57,032 bases of DNA, filler included, from Platydemus manokwari (GCA_037951405.1; 5 parts of 5 records of this genome joined end to end with filler, not necessarily neighbours in it); one strand, 5' to 3'. Counted from the first letter of the whole stretch, positions 1-14,900 are shown. The notes: generated by a model from the letters alone, not told the origin. A program made the numbers and translations.

Positions 1-50
1 ATTAATAATATTTATAATAATGTTTATTATTAACAATATCAAACTCATAC

Positions 51-3000
51 ACCATCTTGAGCTAATATCTCCAATAATTTTGCCATGTAAATCATCATGG
101 ATAAAGTAGGATATAATTCTTCCGTACCGAAGGCGGCAGTATCAAACATTGAAATGGTATCCATTTTCGTATAAATAAGAATGACTGATTTTTTAGATAT
201 CAAAGGCACTGGGTTAAATGTGATGTATATATTTTTACCATTCATATCTTCACAATACAATTGATCATCGTTCTGAAAAGTTAAATAATTTAACTATCCA
301 TGATATCATAATAGACATAAATACTACTATTTATATTTGTATGACTGCTAATATAAATTCCTATTCAAAATCTACAAAACTATATATTAATTTCTCCACC
401 GAGTAGGAGTAAAAAGTATTAGAAAATATCAAAATCGATATTAGTTATTAAATATTCGACTGGACGTTGGATTAGTCTTCTTTACTCAGTGGGTTTTGTA
501 ATCCAACTTCTTCATGTTTCTGCTTGACATCCTTTAAAAGATGCACTCAGATCACCTTCATTTGTTTGCTGAGTGCTTATATAAATTATTACTTTACCCG
601 GCGTCAGTTGACAATTACATGGTTATGCAATTACTACGTCCTGAACTGTTAAGCGCTTTTAATACATGTCTGTTAATGCTCTTAAGGCTTTTAGGCGGAC
701 AGATGGATTCAACGCCCTTCTCATTATCCTTCAAAAATTTTAAAAGTAACGCAATCACACTTAGTAGTGCGATGATTATAGAATTATAACAATTACTTTT
801 AAAAAAAATTGATGCTTATATGTAATATGTTTTAAAAGATCCGATGACTAAATTTTAAAACTCATTCTGAAGAATGTTTAAATATTCATATAAAATATAT
901 TTTTGGTTGAAAGTCTTAAAATCGTATTCAATACAAAACCTTGAAGAAATAACTTCAGCTATCAACTAGTTAGACATTATTGATTTGTTTATAGATTTCT
1001 AAATTCTAGGGATTGAAACTAAATGCATGTGTCGGCAGTTGTGCTTAGAATTTTTTATCTTGTTTTATATTTAGATATCTACCTTACTAATTTACAAGAT
1101 TCAATAATTCATTTTAAATAAATAATATTTCAACAAAATTTTCCTTTAATTACTTTTTCATACAATAATTATTATCTTTATAAAATGTTAAATATCTTAA
1201 TCGAAACAAATTCTCTTTATAAATTTCGAGTATTGATATTTATAATGATAAAATCTCACCAATTGAAAATATTTTCTGATAGATTTCCATTCTTGAAAAC
1301 AACTCTCCACGTTTCTTTCCGAAGGGTTGAAATTTTTAATGCTAACCATGCATTTAGATGATTTGTCTGGCATTAAATTATATGCTTCAAAGCAATCGAT
1401 AATATTCTCCTAAATATATAATTTTATAAATTGGAGATCCAATAACATAGGTAAATCAATTCAATTATAAATTATGTTTTGTATGCATGTTCGATGTGAA
1501 AGTAATATTAAGAGTTTTCAAACTAAAAATGTATCTTCAGATATAGCTAATCAGAGTTATAGTTAATAATTAAATAATTTAATAATAATAGTAATAATAA
1601 TAGATATAAAATCAAATACATTCCAATCTCTTCCATTGGTTTCAACTGATAATATATCATAATCGTTTGGGAATTGATAGTCAAAAGTTTGCGCATGTTG
1701 TATGTGTTCTATTCGATGTTCTGGTTTTTAAGATTCTACATGTATTTATTGGTTTATCATGACTGGGATTGATCAATCTTTATGTATTTGTCGTTATGTA
1801 GTCACGTATTGTGCCAAATTGAAATCATCGTCTATATCAACAATAATAGAACATATGAGAAAAAATCTATAAAGAATTTTGTGGACTAAAGAATAACTTA
1901 CAGAATCAGAATCAAACAAAAATAGATTCCTGAAAGTGGGGCAACAACACCTATCTGCTGTGAATCAACATAGCGACCATAAAAACCAAATCAAACAATG
2001 TTATCATCATACACAAGAAAAGAGTGAAGAGAGGAAAACAGTTGCTCACGATACCCAATGTTGTGTAGTAACTAAATCGTCAAGGCAACCGTTCTTCAGT
2101 GGAGTGATCAATGGTACAGAAAGTCACCGAACACACATGAAGTTGAGAAACCATCAGCGGAATTTTAAATCATTACGAAATCAACCCATGCTAATCCCTG
2201 GTCAAAGTAAGCCAAATTCGAGGAAAATTATATAAAAAACAAGACCGAAATGTGAAATTACTCAAATGTCAAATACCTTGCACTGGACTATACGAAAAAT
2301 AATGCCAATCGAAGAGATTAACTAAAGAAGTCCAAAATTCTCTTTGCAGAAAATTAGTACAGAAACCTTGTTATTCAAAAAAAGATCCGACTGTACCAGG
2401 GAAAAACAACATCGGACATAAATATCTATTATATGCTAATATAAAATTTGAGTTACCACATTCCATATTTGAAAAGTTAAAAATTTGAGGAGTTAAAAAT
2501 ATACACTACAATTATTGTTTCAAAACTAATGAGGAAAGATAATTAAGAGAAGATAGGATCCTGGACACTGATATCCATGTTGGACTGCTGTTACAAAATT
2601 CTCACAACAATCTTTTATCAACAGTTGCCAACATGAATAAACGAAAATAACCTACTCCATTAAAGAAAAACTAGGAGGCGTGCTCAGATCTTCGAAAGAT
2701 GTCAAAAAGAATAGACCCAAACACCCAGTCGAAATCCACTATAATAGTCTGGATTCTCGGGACTTGGGTGAAATAGAATAGCAAGATCTTGAAGAAATTC
2801 TTAATGGCACAGCAAACAATAAAGAAAATAGCAATAAATTGTATTAAGTACAATGGCGCTTTCACAGGTGGCAGAAGGATGCTAAGAACTTCCAACCAAT
2901 TGCAATAAACATAGAAGATTCAATCAACATTGATAACGAATTTGATGGATGGGCGAGTTGAGGTGAAAATATAGAGCTGATTTGATAAAAAATCAACCGA

Positions 3001-3594
3001 TAATAAACTTGATCCATAATATTTTGTGAAAAATTAAATTAATAAATTAAAGTAAAAGATAATTTCAATAAATAGTGAATATGATATACTTACCTGAATA
3101 AAATGATCTTTCGCTGAAATCAAAATCACGGGAATAAGCCAATTGTAATAATAGTATCCTTTGTAAAATAAATCCGAAGCCGACTGATTGCAGAAAACAT
3201 ATTCATTTTCTTCACATTGTTGATATTCGGTGAAATATTCGAGATTGAATGGAGGATAATCACATTTCGGAGATAGGACAATTATTCCAACAATTTTCAA
3301 TATATACTTGATCTTATTCATTAAGCCAATATTGGTGAATATGAAAGGTGGCATAACAATGATTATCATTTCATCTATGGGATTCGATACCAATCTTTCA
3401 AAATCTAATATCGTTCGAATAACAATAACGATTCCTTCGCTTTTTGTTGATGTACAACCAAAGCGATTGGTGAAATTCATTCTACTGGTACAATATGATA
3501 TTGCATAATTCGGAATTTTTACATCCATTTCTATACAATCTCCTCTATACTCAATAAATATGAGCAACAAATACAGGAACAATATTATTTTCAT
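51..3594 (-). CDS. NCSTN: Nicastrin-like (gamma-secretase subunit), first three coding exons (3594-3094, 1409-1260, 272-51); gene continues past the window start
   Basis: Signal peptide MKIILFLYLLLIF; CTSRMNFTNRFGCTS matches the nicastrin small-lobe motif C-x-R-x-N-x-T-x-x-x-GC-x-S. Exon 2 reads ENIIDCFEAYN...KCMVSIKNF...SC. Exon 3 reads YCEDMNGKNIY...VILIYTKMDTISMFDTAAFG (cf. CDPL...VVAATRLDSRSFF..APGA). GT/AG boundaries keep the frame. Confidence 0.85.
1860..2960 (+). mobile_element. Decayed retroelement-like coding remnant in nicastrin intron 1 (antisense to host gene)
   Basis: Purine-rich, higher-GC block with long interrupted frames. FFSGVING and LALDYTKNNA resemble the start and end of a retropepsin domain, but no intact catalytic motif is visible. 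Confidence 0.35.
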
Positions 3595-6104
3595 TTGAAA
3601 TTCATGAGAAAATTATCGATTCATGCTTATTTATAAATGATAATTAGATCATTAAATAATTAAAAACGTATTTGTTCATGATCTTATTTTAATTCATTGT
3701 ACGTTTTGAAAATTAGTTTAAAATAAGTCTTTATCGATGTTAACTTGGATTTTATTAGTGTTTATTTTTTAGGATATTTATTTGCACTCATTTCTTACTT
3801 GGAGTCGTTTTGGGTTTTGTTGTTGTCTTGGGTTTTTTATAAAAAATGTTATGAATAAGGAATTTTAGAATTTATATAACACATTAGAGATAACAACAAA
3901 TATAAAAATAAAATTATTATTATAAAGCGTTAACTCCAAATAAAATTATAAGAGATACAAATTAATGTTACAATCGAAATAAATGACAATTATGAGTAAC
4001 AATTAGCTAGATGAAACAATAACCAGATTTAATTAATTGAATGGTTGGACTGGGTCCAATCCATTTAAAGTTAGGATGACTCCATAGAAGTTTATTATAA
4101 CAATAATCATTAGGAAATTCATTTTAACAAAATAAATTTACTTGGGGTCAAAGAAAAATAATAATATCAGTGACTAAATATTTCTTTCTTTTCAACTAGA
4201 TTTATCGTATTTATAAGTGAAGTCCCCGTCGATTGATTATCTTCTCAATTGCAAACGTCCATGTGAAGATTTTCTGGCTTCTTCAAAATTATCAATGCAT
4301 TCTTGTCATATTTTGTGAACTGATTGCATCAGTCTTGGACAATAATGTGCTACACTTGTAGTATGATAACAATGGCGTAATAGTGATGCAATAATAATGG
4401 TCGTATTATAATAATGGTGGTGTTTCAACTGGGATTTTTTAAGTATATTTTTCTTGATTATCTTTCTCTGTCTTTTTTTATTTCTATTTTTGTATTTTAT
4501 TGATTCTGTTCCCTATAAATATAGATACAGTATAATATATACAGCTACATTATATAATACTCATAAATAAAGTACATAATTATAAATAAATATTAAAATT
4601 GTTCACAAATATGAAACTGCATTTTAAGCGGCAATAAGCATTCATGAAAATAAATTAGTTAGCATGATTAGTTCAAGTCAACATTTAAACAGTAAGCGTA
4701 ATCATTGTAATTTGAATTTCAGTCGCAATTGACCATAGCAAAGGAAGGAATTGCCGCAAGAAAACTAAAATGAGTAATAACTCCTACATACGCCAAAAAT
4801 CTGAAAAAATATAAAAGCAAAAGCATTCAGCAGTCATTCACATCAAATTTTCTCCTCATATTTAGTGGCACTAGGATTCGGAATATATCAGTGTTATTTC
4901 AAGTGAACCATTGTAACTCTGACAGGATCAGTTTCTTTTTACGCAATTGTTGTGCTATCAAACAACAATTTAAATCCGCAGATCTGTATTAACTAAAATA
5001 ATACAATCAAAGCCTCAATAATAACAATAACTCAATTCACTCAATCATTCAAGATGGGATCAGCGCCCGAAAGTCAAAAACCAAATGAAGAGTAATCAAA
5101 AGACTGATTACTGAAATCACACGTAAGCTAAACAATGAAATTACCTACCAAAAAAGACTGGCAAGAATCAATGGAATTAAACCTCTTTTATAGACCCATC
5201 GCTGTGTGTGCTTGATATCACGAATCTGTGTTTTCAATTCGCTGAATTTGTTTGTGAATCGATTTACTTGAGATTTTCCTTACATCTATTGTGCAATTGC
5301 CGGATATTTGAGCTTGTTGCCGTTTGTAGACATGTACCTGTCGATTTTTAGCTTTTAAATATGGATTAACATTAGAACAAATATGATTGGTTAATGGCAT
5401 GTGTGTATTTTGGGATGTGTGTATTGACCCTTTTTAGGGTTTTTCCTTGGTTCTTGGGACCATTTTGGATGGTTTGTAATATGCGTAACATTAATAAAAA
5501 TAGAACACATTAAAAAATCACTTAATGTCGGTAGCGAGTCACTCACACAAAGATTAAAAATTTTCCGAATCCCGAAATTTAGTAGAATTTTTGTTTTACC
5601 TTTGTTGAATTTTATTTAAGAATTAATTTAATTTTTCAATTGCTTATTTATTTAAAATTATGTATTTTATAGAAAATGCTGATATCCACAATAATTCTAA
5701 TAAATATTAGATGAAAATTATTATAAATAAACCATATGAATGACATCAATTTTTTTCATTTTTTTATTTCCATCAGTACCCAAAATATATCTTTTATGGC
5801 GTCTTTAATATCAAAGTGATTAATAGCTCATCCAGTCTAGAATGTATATAGTGTAGATCAGATTATTTCCATAATTCATACACACTGTCAGCTTATATCA
5901 AGTGGCTTTATCTGTTTTTACACGCAAATATTATTTATTATACTTATTTTTGATTAATATATTAAATATTAATTTTTTTATTTTAATTTTATTATTTAGC
6001 TTTATAATAAATACTAATCAGCAGATATATTTTAAAAAATCATATTTTGAACCAAATATTTTGAATAATACAAGAAACGTGTTATTATGTTCTTAATCCA
6101 TTTG

Positions 6105-6268
6105 ATATATTTTAAATAAATTAAATTTTTAATTCTAATTTAATTCCTAATTTTATATAAAATCATATTTATATAAAATTAAAATTATTTGTTTAAATAT
6201 TTATATATAAATAGATTTTTGGTATCTTGACTTTTTAATTCGTTTTAATGTGTGGTTTTTAAAATAGT
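6105..6268 (+). repeat. Dispersed ~165-bp AT-rich repeat, copy 1
   Basis: Aligns by eye with 42878-43038 (attaaatttttaattctaatttaattc...aaatcatatttatat...ggtatcttga...ggtttttaaaata). Confidence 0.8.
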
Positions 6269-8015
6269 AGCCGCTAACAACCCATTTGTTGATATTATTA
6301 TTTATAATTTAATTGATATACTGTGCGTGTACATGTATATTTGTGTGCGCAATTTAAATTTTGGTCATACTAGCTATCAACATCAATTGTATTTGAAAAA
6401 TGAATCACATGTTCGTGATACTAATCAAGCATTCACAATTGACAAATGTTTTTAACACTGACCAACAGCAATGTAGGTGGTTTGATCATTTTGGCACTGA
6501 TTCAAGTGGAATATAAGTGATTGAAGTGTTCGTGATAATGATTGCATGGATTAAGTGCAAATTTTTATAAAGAGTTTTGTCATTCACAGTTATTGAATTC
6601 CCTCTAATCCTCATTTAAATTCATGCTTTTTTAAAATTCAAAATCTATTATTTATTTAGCTCTCTTGATTTGGATGTGTGCTTGCGGAATTCAACTTTTG
6701 AATTGTTAATTTTGAACATTTTTAGATTCTTCGCTTGACATTTTATGTCTTGTTGCTGTTTCTTAAGGATGATCAAATTATTCTGTTTATTTTAAATATT
6801 TGGTTCTAAAAGGTTACTCACAAAAAAACAAATTCATGAATCTGTTATTCTTTCGTTGCCAAAAACGAAAGGATATTCAAAGATTTGTTGAAAATAAATC
6901 AGATCAAATTGTATTTGATCCTGAGGTGACAGTAAACAAGACACATACTAGCTTACGTTTTTATAGTCAAACCAATTTGTTTTTAGGATTTTCAATTTTC
7001 AATTATCATTAAGCTGTTAAAAATTTTGATTGATATTTCCAAAGGGTTTTTGATACTTTTAAGGGTTTCTAACGTGTTCTCGTTTTATTTGGCACATTAA
7101 TGATTGGTCGTTTGATGAGTTTCTAAATTACGATCAATATACGTGTATGCAATTAGGGCTTAAGTTAAGAAAAAGGTCCTTTGAGCTACTTTCGTAAAAA
7201 TAAATTTTCGCACATGAGATAATTTTATAATTTAATTTTATATATAACTGCTATGTTTAACTTATTCGTATAATTAGGTTAATAACTCATTTTTAAGATG
7301 TTCAATAGTGACAAAAAATAACTTTAAAACCAAGTTCCTATTCTAATCACAACACTTATATAAGATTATTTAAGTTTTTAAATTTAAAGTTTTATAATTA
7401 TAAGTCGAGTTAGTTAATTACAGAAATATAAACAAGAAGTCAAAATATTAGCAACAACAAGCTATACGGTCATTTAAGTTTAGTTTATTTAGAGAATATT
7501 TATAAGTGCCGTTTTGGTTGAATTAATATTATAATAAGAAAATTCTCAAGCATTAATTATGATAACAAGCTAAAGAACCATAAATAAATACAAAAAAACA
7601 TTTATCCACTTCAATGTAGCTAGTGACAGATTTATATTTCAAGCGAAGATACTTGACAAAATCCCTCATAAAATAATACGAATTATCTTCCAATCAGAAT
7701 ATTCAATTATAAAATAATCAAATCATAATGCCAGAATGATAATAAATTCATTCAAAATATATTTCTTAATTTGTACCAAAATGGTTTCACTTTTAATGTT
7801 TCGATTTTGTTTATCGAAAGCCAATACTTTCGTCGAGTCAACACACGTATTTTAATTAATGAAAACACAAATAATAAATAAATCTTTTCTGTTAGTAAAA
7901 TAAATAAGAACTTGGAAATTCATTCTTAAACAGATTTTTTAAATGATGGGAGATGTCGTTTGAACAAATATTGATTTTGAACAATTATTTTTGAAATAGT
8001 TGAAAATCCAACGAA

Positions 8016-8770
8016 TTATTTCACTTTCCTATTTTTGCTATCTTTTCTCGATACTATATTTCGAATTTTTTTCATCGTTCTTTTAACAGTGATCTTGCAT
8101 TTTTTCTCCAGTAAATCAAACGACATAACACACAGTGACAAACCGAATAAAACATAAACAGAGCACATTATCGATTTATATTGCAGCTTTTCACCGCCTG
8201 TTTCTATAGGAACCAAATCTCCAAAACCAATGGTGCTCAGCGTAACGAAAGAAAAGTACAACGAATCAATAAATGACCATTCCTCATAAATTAAGAAAAA
8301 TATCGATCCGATCAGATTATAAAACATGAAAACAATTATCACCAATGATACGGGAACTTCAATCGATTTCGATTCCTTAGCAGCTTCTAATAATTTATTG
8401 GGATTCGGTATTCTGAGAAGAAATTTCCGAAATCGTATGATATGACTAACAGTGTTAGTTTCGGAATAAACTTTCGATTTGTTCATGACAGTCACGGAAA
8501 AATCTTTATCATTAATCCCACTATTATCATTATCGATTGTGTCATTAGCATCGGTTGGTTTTGTATCCATTGACGAGTTTTTTAATTTTTGAGCTTTTTT
8601 GTGTTTCTTCATGGCTTTTAAGCACGACAAACGATAAAACAATCGAAAAATGTTAGCCATTAGAGATCCTATCTGAGTGAGATAAATGAACGTAAGAGGT
8701 ATACCAAAAAATGCATAAATAATCGTTCCGATTCGTCCAGTGATTGTTTTTGGAGTTATATGTCCATATC
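8016..8770 (-). CDS. Two-pore-domain (K2P/TWK, KCNK-like) potassium channel, large terminal exon; upstream exons not found
   Basis: Acceptor ttttacag| followed by GYGHITPKTITGRIGTIIYAFFGIPL (P1 end + M2), then M3, WSFIDSLYFSFVTLSTIGFGD (P2), M4, and a stop at 8016. Confidence 0.92.
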
Positions 8771-11700
8771 CTGTAAAACAAACAATTATAAAATAAGGTA
8801 TATCTGAGAGACAGTATCGTCTTCTCCACTTTTATATTCATTTTATGCTGTGATAAAGCACATCTATCTTAATTGCTGAGATAATCTGGTCATGGAGAAA
8901 ACCATGTATAAATCGATTATAGGATATAAAATAAATATTATCATCCATTTTCTTTTTAGATCAGAAAAACAAATTTCGCCACGGTGATGAGTTTTATTAT
9001 TGCTACAAAACTATATCCTGTTTTTTAGATCTTAGCCTGGTAATGATGAAATACGGGATGGTTGCAGAACGATAAGATTGAACTAAAGTAAAGCACGCAG
9101 TGAACATATTCATGCCTATGAAAACCGACTATGACTCACAAAAATTGAACTATAAAAACCAGAATTTCTGACTTTGATTTTCAAAAGAGAAATTTTTATG
9201 TTTTGAAATAAATCTTTGCATCTTAATATTGATTCGAAATTATGTTCCGTATCAAAAATAAGTTCAACTTAATATTTTATATTATAACTTGATAGATTAT
9301 TGTTTTGTTTGCCGAAATGAATAATATATTCTCCAAATTTTAATATCTACTATGACTTTTTTTCATAGATTTCGACTTAAAAGCTTATCATAACATTTCA
9401 AGAAATGAATCTATTCAGAAATCACCGGTGTATTTTGTAATTCACATTAAAATCTAAGACCATAAATAACAGAACTGGCGAAGTGTGGCTCACTCAACCA
9501 GAGGGTAAGATTCACGATACGGGTGAACCGTACAATGAATAAAAGCTATTAAAAATGGTAGGAGCAAAATGAAGAGAGTTTTATTTAATATCGAATCTTT
9601 CGACACGATATGAAGATAAAGATCAATGCTGATATACCTAATCTGTTGCTAAATCGGCTGTACGATTTCCAATTATGATAGATAGGATTGATTGATGGAT
9701 CGAAGTATTGATTACTAAAAGAATCAATTCGATATTGAAATCACTGTTTATTAGAACCATATTGAATCAAGTTCGAAAAATAATCATAGAAACAAAACAA
9801 AATATATTCAAACAAAATATAGCGCACAAAAACTTAAATATGTAATATTTTAATCCATAAAATGTCATCACATTGTATCTAAATATCCCATTAATTTTCT
9901 AAGTACAAACTGAGGTTTATTTTAATTGGTGTGCTTTATTTTACTTCTCGATTTGAATTCTTAAAATATAAATTTATAATAAAATACAGAGCTTCCACCT
10001 TTATAATGAATTTATAACATTTCGCCTTTAAGATAAATTCCAATAATCGGAATTTTTGTGTAATGGCTTTCAGAATGATTGATTTAGTGAAACACTATGC
10101 TTTATACAGAATTTTCGTTACAAAATCAAATTTTTTATATGCTAAAAAGCATCGAAATCTCAAAAAAATAATTAAAAAATAAGCAAAAACTTATTCTTCA
10201 GTTAACAATGAGAAGTTGTGTTCTTCATTCTTTTGTCACCACAGAAGGCAGTTATAGTATCTCATCTGACGTTGTTTCTGATCTTATGATATTTGCCTTT
10301 AATGTATATCTTGAGCTTTTTTGTATAAACAGAGTTTTTAATCCATAGTATTTTAAGGATTTTAAGAGAGGTTGAATTATGTAAGGACAAGTTCATAAAA
10401 ATACAATTCCGTCAATAATTGCAACCAATGTAATCAATTTATTCGAATAAATGATGTCTATAAACATTAAGTATCTAATTACACCAAAACAGCCTATTAA
10501 CTATGTGATTTGTTGATGATTCTTTTTTTCTTTCCTACTTTTATAGAACATTGCAGTAGGTATCTTGACTTGACTTATGATACAACATTCATATTCTTGA
10601 ATATCATTTAAGGGGTTTATGATAAAATGTTTATTGATCATCACAAGCACTACTCAGCATTATATCGGCTTTAGTTGACAATATATCATGCTTACTGCGG
10701 AATTTATAACCACATGTTTGTGTGTTGTCTGTGTGCACTTTGTATTTGATGCTTTGGTTTTCAAGGTTTCAACAGAAGCTATGGATTTATGTCAACTGAG
10801 ATAAGTAATTATAAAACGATGTAATTTTATTCAAATTATTTTATAAATTTTTGAAAGTTAAAGGTACTAAATATTGTTGGATGAATAATTTGAAAGATAA
10901 AAACATTTTAGTCAAGGTCGTTATTATTTCCATAAAGCCAAAATGTAAGTATTAGAAATTTTATTTATTTCAGATATTTTATTTTATGGTTTCAAATCTG
11001 TCTTTTTTTAGGCAATTATTGGATTTATTATTTTAATACTGTCTTGTTTCAGTTATTTATTTTAATAAAATTAATTCGGTTAGAAAAAAAGAACAATTTA
11101 ACTAATATCTGGTAGATAATTTTTAAATAATGTTGTAAATAATAATTCTTCCTTGTTTCAAATAATTGAAAGAATACTCATCACTTCGCTGAAATGACAT
11201 GCTTTAGATGAACTTCTTTTGAAGTATTGTAAACAGCGTAAGAAATTTAATTTTAATAATTGTTCTTCTCATTTGTAAATATCAGAATTTAAATAATTTG
11301 TGTAAATAATAAACTCAGAATTATGTGATAAGGAAAATTTTAATTAGGAGAATTTTTTCCATTATTAATAGACAAGGTCATATTAAGAATTTGTCTAAAA
11401 TTTATAACTCAATTGAAAGGATTGGTAATAAGGATAGAAAAAGTTATACAATGATTTGATTTTACCACAAATTCAGATAGATAAGAATGAGAATGAATCT
11501 ATTTGGTCAATTTGAGGTTCTATATAATTTCTAGTGAGAGGTAAAAACTTCTAAATAAGACTAGCACTAGTCTTTCGAGAATTGTTAAAATGAAGTTTTT
11601 GGATGTTTATGTTTGCTATGGTAGTGGTTCCTGGGTATCAAGAAATCTAAAAATATGAAGAGGTAATGTTGTTAAATTTCCTACTAACTACAAATTCAGT

Positions 11701-13249
11701 TAATCAATTAATCTGACTCCTTTTTTTTATTAAATTCACACTGAAAAAGTAGGTTCCTATATTTTTTCCTAAGTCTTTTCCTTTAAAAAAACTTATAAGG
11801 GTTACGACCAAAATCTAATTTAAGACAAATCTGGTCAATTGGCAAATTTCAACTGTCTTCTAGAAGATCACCTGTTATATTATAGTGCATGATAAACACG
11901 AACTCCCTTTCTAAACGTGCAATACTTCTCAAACCCTACCTGCGAATATAATACAATTACTAATTAACTGCAATACCGAAATTTATTACTTCAAATTTAC
12001 CTTGAAAACTATTATCCTAGTTTATTATTAAATAAAAAAGGCCACTGATTTTCTGGTGTTTTTATCCTTATTATCGGAATAGACACAATGTGTGTACTAA
12101 TTAAATTTGTCCAGAAATACCATAAAACGATTCTTATTAAGAAATATTTATTTATTCAGTTCACAATAGTAAGAACTACCTTTTATTTATATATTTATTT
12201 TTGTTTATTATAACTTTGTTCTCAATGCACAAATCTAAACCTCACTCATCTGTCAACAACAAGTTTCTTATGTAATATATAAATTAGAGAATTAACATGA
12301 GAAAATTACTAAGTTCTTTTTTGATCAGTGATAAATGGCTTTTTGCTGATAAATGATCCAAACAGTATTGGCTAACTTTAGCACCGTTATGTAACGGGAA
12401 AACAGCAACAGTGTTTAAGAACAAGAATGCAACTTATTAATTGTAAAAATAATATTCTTAAATTTATTATTGTTTGGTTAATCTAAAAATATAAACAATA
12501 AATAAATAACAGAAAGAAAAAAATAGAAACATTAATAAAATAAAGTAATGGTAATTTATAAGTTACCATGGCAATGACTAATTATAAACAGATAAAGAGA
12601 AGAAAACACAAAATATTGTAAGGCCATTAAACCGTAAGACAGCACATAAAAACCTGAAGCAAAGTTTTTCTTACACAGGAAGAATACTGGACCAAATAAC
12701 GAACAATTTTTTTATAATTAATATACAATAATATTACTTGAAAGGAAATTATTTATTGATTGATCTGGTCAAATTTCTCAAAAAACATTTGACTTCTTTT
12801 TAAACTACTTTTCCGCTGACTTGTTTTTCCAATACAATTGGGTTACGGTAGTTACCAACACTGGTTATTTCATACCTTGAGGGCATCACGTCGTTATACA
12901 TTGTACTAATTTTACGGTTAAACCTATTTACGAATAAATTTTATTGATTTTTTAGTTATTGCTATGTTAATCATCAAATTTAACTAAAACATCCAACTCA
13001 TGCTTCCGCACTACTGAGAGTCGGATATTTTGTGGAATTTGTACATAAGTATCTCAACCTTGGCAGATAACAAATCATGATCATCATCAAATTTCTATCA
13101 ATATTGTCTGCGGATTATATTTAATTTTATTTGCTATTAATATATCAATTTAGAATAATAGATTTAAAGATGTCAAGAGTGTCATTTAATAAAACAAAAT
13201 TTTTATGATATGAAGTGATACTTGATGGACGAAAAGGACCACATTACAA

Positions 13250-13566
13250 ATAGTAAAAAGATAACTCGTTTGCATCAAAATTGTAATCTATTTCAAAATA
13301 ACACCGTTTGTTTTATAATATTTAAACAAATCTCATTTTTTTATCTAACTTCACTCTCCCGTTGTTTTCGAAATCCTTTCTAGCCATTCAATTCTTCGAG
13401 GTTTTGGCTGTCCCTGGAAATCAAGAAGAACTTGATGTGGACTTAAAAATTTCAAAGTTTTGTGTGGACCTTCATAACGATCTACGTTTTTCTTTATCTT
13501 ATGTGGTTCTTTCTTCACTAAAACTTCTTCTCCAACTGTGAAAATTCTACAACCTCTTTTCTCAGC
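13250..13566 (-). mobile_element. 3' end of a short-LTR Ty3/Gypsy element: integrase GPY/F tail, polypurine tract and ~100-bp 3' LTR
   Basis: Minus frame FTVGEEVLVKKEPHKIKKNVDRYEGPHKTLKFLSPHQVLL, then gggagag directly followed by TG. The following ~100 nt resemble 36308-36411, and the peptide matches 38200-38290. Confidence 0.75.
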
Positions 13567-13666
13567 NNNNNNNNNNNNNNNNNNNNNNNNNNNNNNNNNN
13601 NNNNNNNNNNTTAATTAATTAANNNNNNNNNNNNNNNNNNNNNNNNNNNNNNNNNNNNNNNNNNNN
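13567..13666. other. Assembly gap/linker (44N-TTAATTAATTAA-44N)
   Basis: Identical 100-nt structure occurs four times; the 12-mer puts stop codons in all six frames. Confidence 0.97.
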
Positions 13667-13699
13667 ACATTTACAAAAGTATGATGACATTGTTAGTAT

Positions 13700-14900
13700 T
13701 GTTAATTGTTAAAAGATATCCCGCTTAATTTCTTTCTTAGCTGCTAATAGTTTTATTTATTCATAAAAAACTCTGTTGAGATTTCCATTCTATGCTAATT
13801 TTTATATTTTTCTAACGTTTGTTTTTTTTTAATATATTATGAATTTATTTAACATATTTATAAGTATTAAAATTAGGTTCTTTTGTTCCATTTGTTTTGT
13901 GTAATATTAGAAAATAATGTTTAATGCATTTTTCAGTTTTATTTTCGTTTTTACTGCTAAAATAACATTTAAGAATTAAGTAATAATTTGTTTTCTTGTC
14001 CATTGTTGCTGCAATAGATTTTACAATATATTCTTTGTTTTTTAGGTAATGCATTCCCGAAATCAATAAGTGTGAGTATTACTTTTTTAAAAATTTATTT
14101 TGTTACTTCAATATCCTTAGATTCAATATCTTTATTTACATTTCATTGTCTAGTTTTAGTGGGTGCTTGATTTTCATTTACTTTTTCTTGTTCCAATTTT
14201 AGTTTTTTCCGATTTCAAAAACTAGTGTCAATGTTGTTGCACAAAATTCAGTGATACCTTTGTTTCGTAAAAATTTTAGAGTTTTGTTTTTGCCTAGCTT
14301 TGCTACTTAATTAATATTCAAACGCTCCTGATTTTCACATTTTTTTCATTCTTTTATTTATTATTATACCATTCAACACAATTTCCTAAACTTCAGAATT
14401 GAAATTATTTTACAACATTTTTACGAACATGAAATTTTAATGAAAAAACTTTTATTTTCAGTTTGTATTTTTATTCATAAAGCAGTAAAATTATCAATTA
14501 AAATTTATTTGTATTGCATATGATGTATGTTGAATTATTATTGAAATTCATAAATATTGATAAACTCTAACAATTAATCTAAGCTCTGGCTACAAAAATA
14601 GAATGCATATACCGTATCACGGTTGTCTTCTTTTCCGCACAACTTATACGTACAAGACTAGACACGCTTTACAAAATATTAATTAAAATGTAGCTTAAAA
14701 ATGAAAATTGGCTATCTTTACTACGTTATTTATATTCAAGATTTCTTTGATTTCTTTGTAATTATTTGTGTCACGTTCTATCACATTTAGATTTGATCTT
14801 GTTACATGTTTGTTACAAGTTTCTAAGTTTATTACTTTTTTATATTGAGTTTTTAAGTTTTGACTAGGGTGGGATTGATTTTCCACCAATGTTTTTGTTG
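13700..14900 (-). mobile_element. Possible highly decayed Penelope-like element
   Basis: ORF 14695-14889 (NVIERDTNNYKEIKEILNI) resembles the C-terminal half of Penelope GIY-YIG endonucleases. Lysine-rich broken frames lie alongside it, and no RT motif was seen. Confidence 0.3.

Noticed and set aside
12780-13130. Minus-strand SVGNYRNPI, and LLKSLKYYGL near 10350, hinting at CR1/L2 LINE RT
   Set aside because: Only isolated short motif resemblances; too decayed to support a call.
13567-13666. Recurrent TTAATTAATTAA palindrome inside N runs (four times)
   Set aside because: Artificial six-frame-stop linker from scaffolding or concatenation, not biology. Adjacency across these gaps is unproven.
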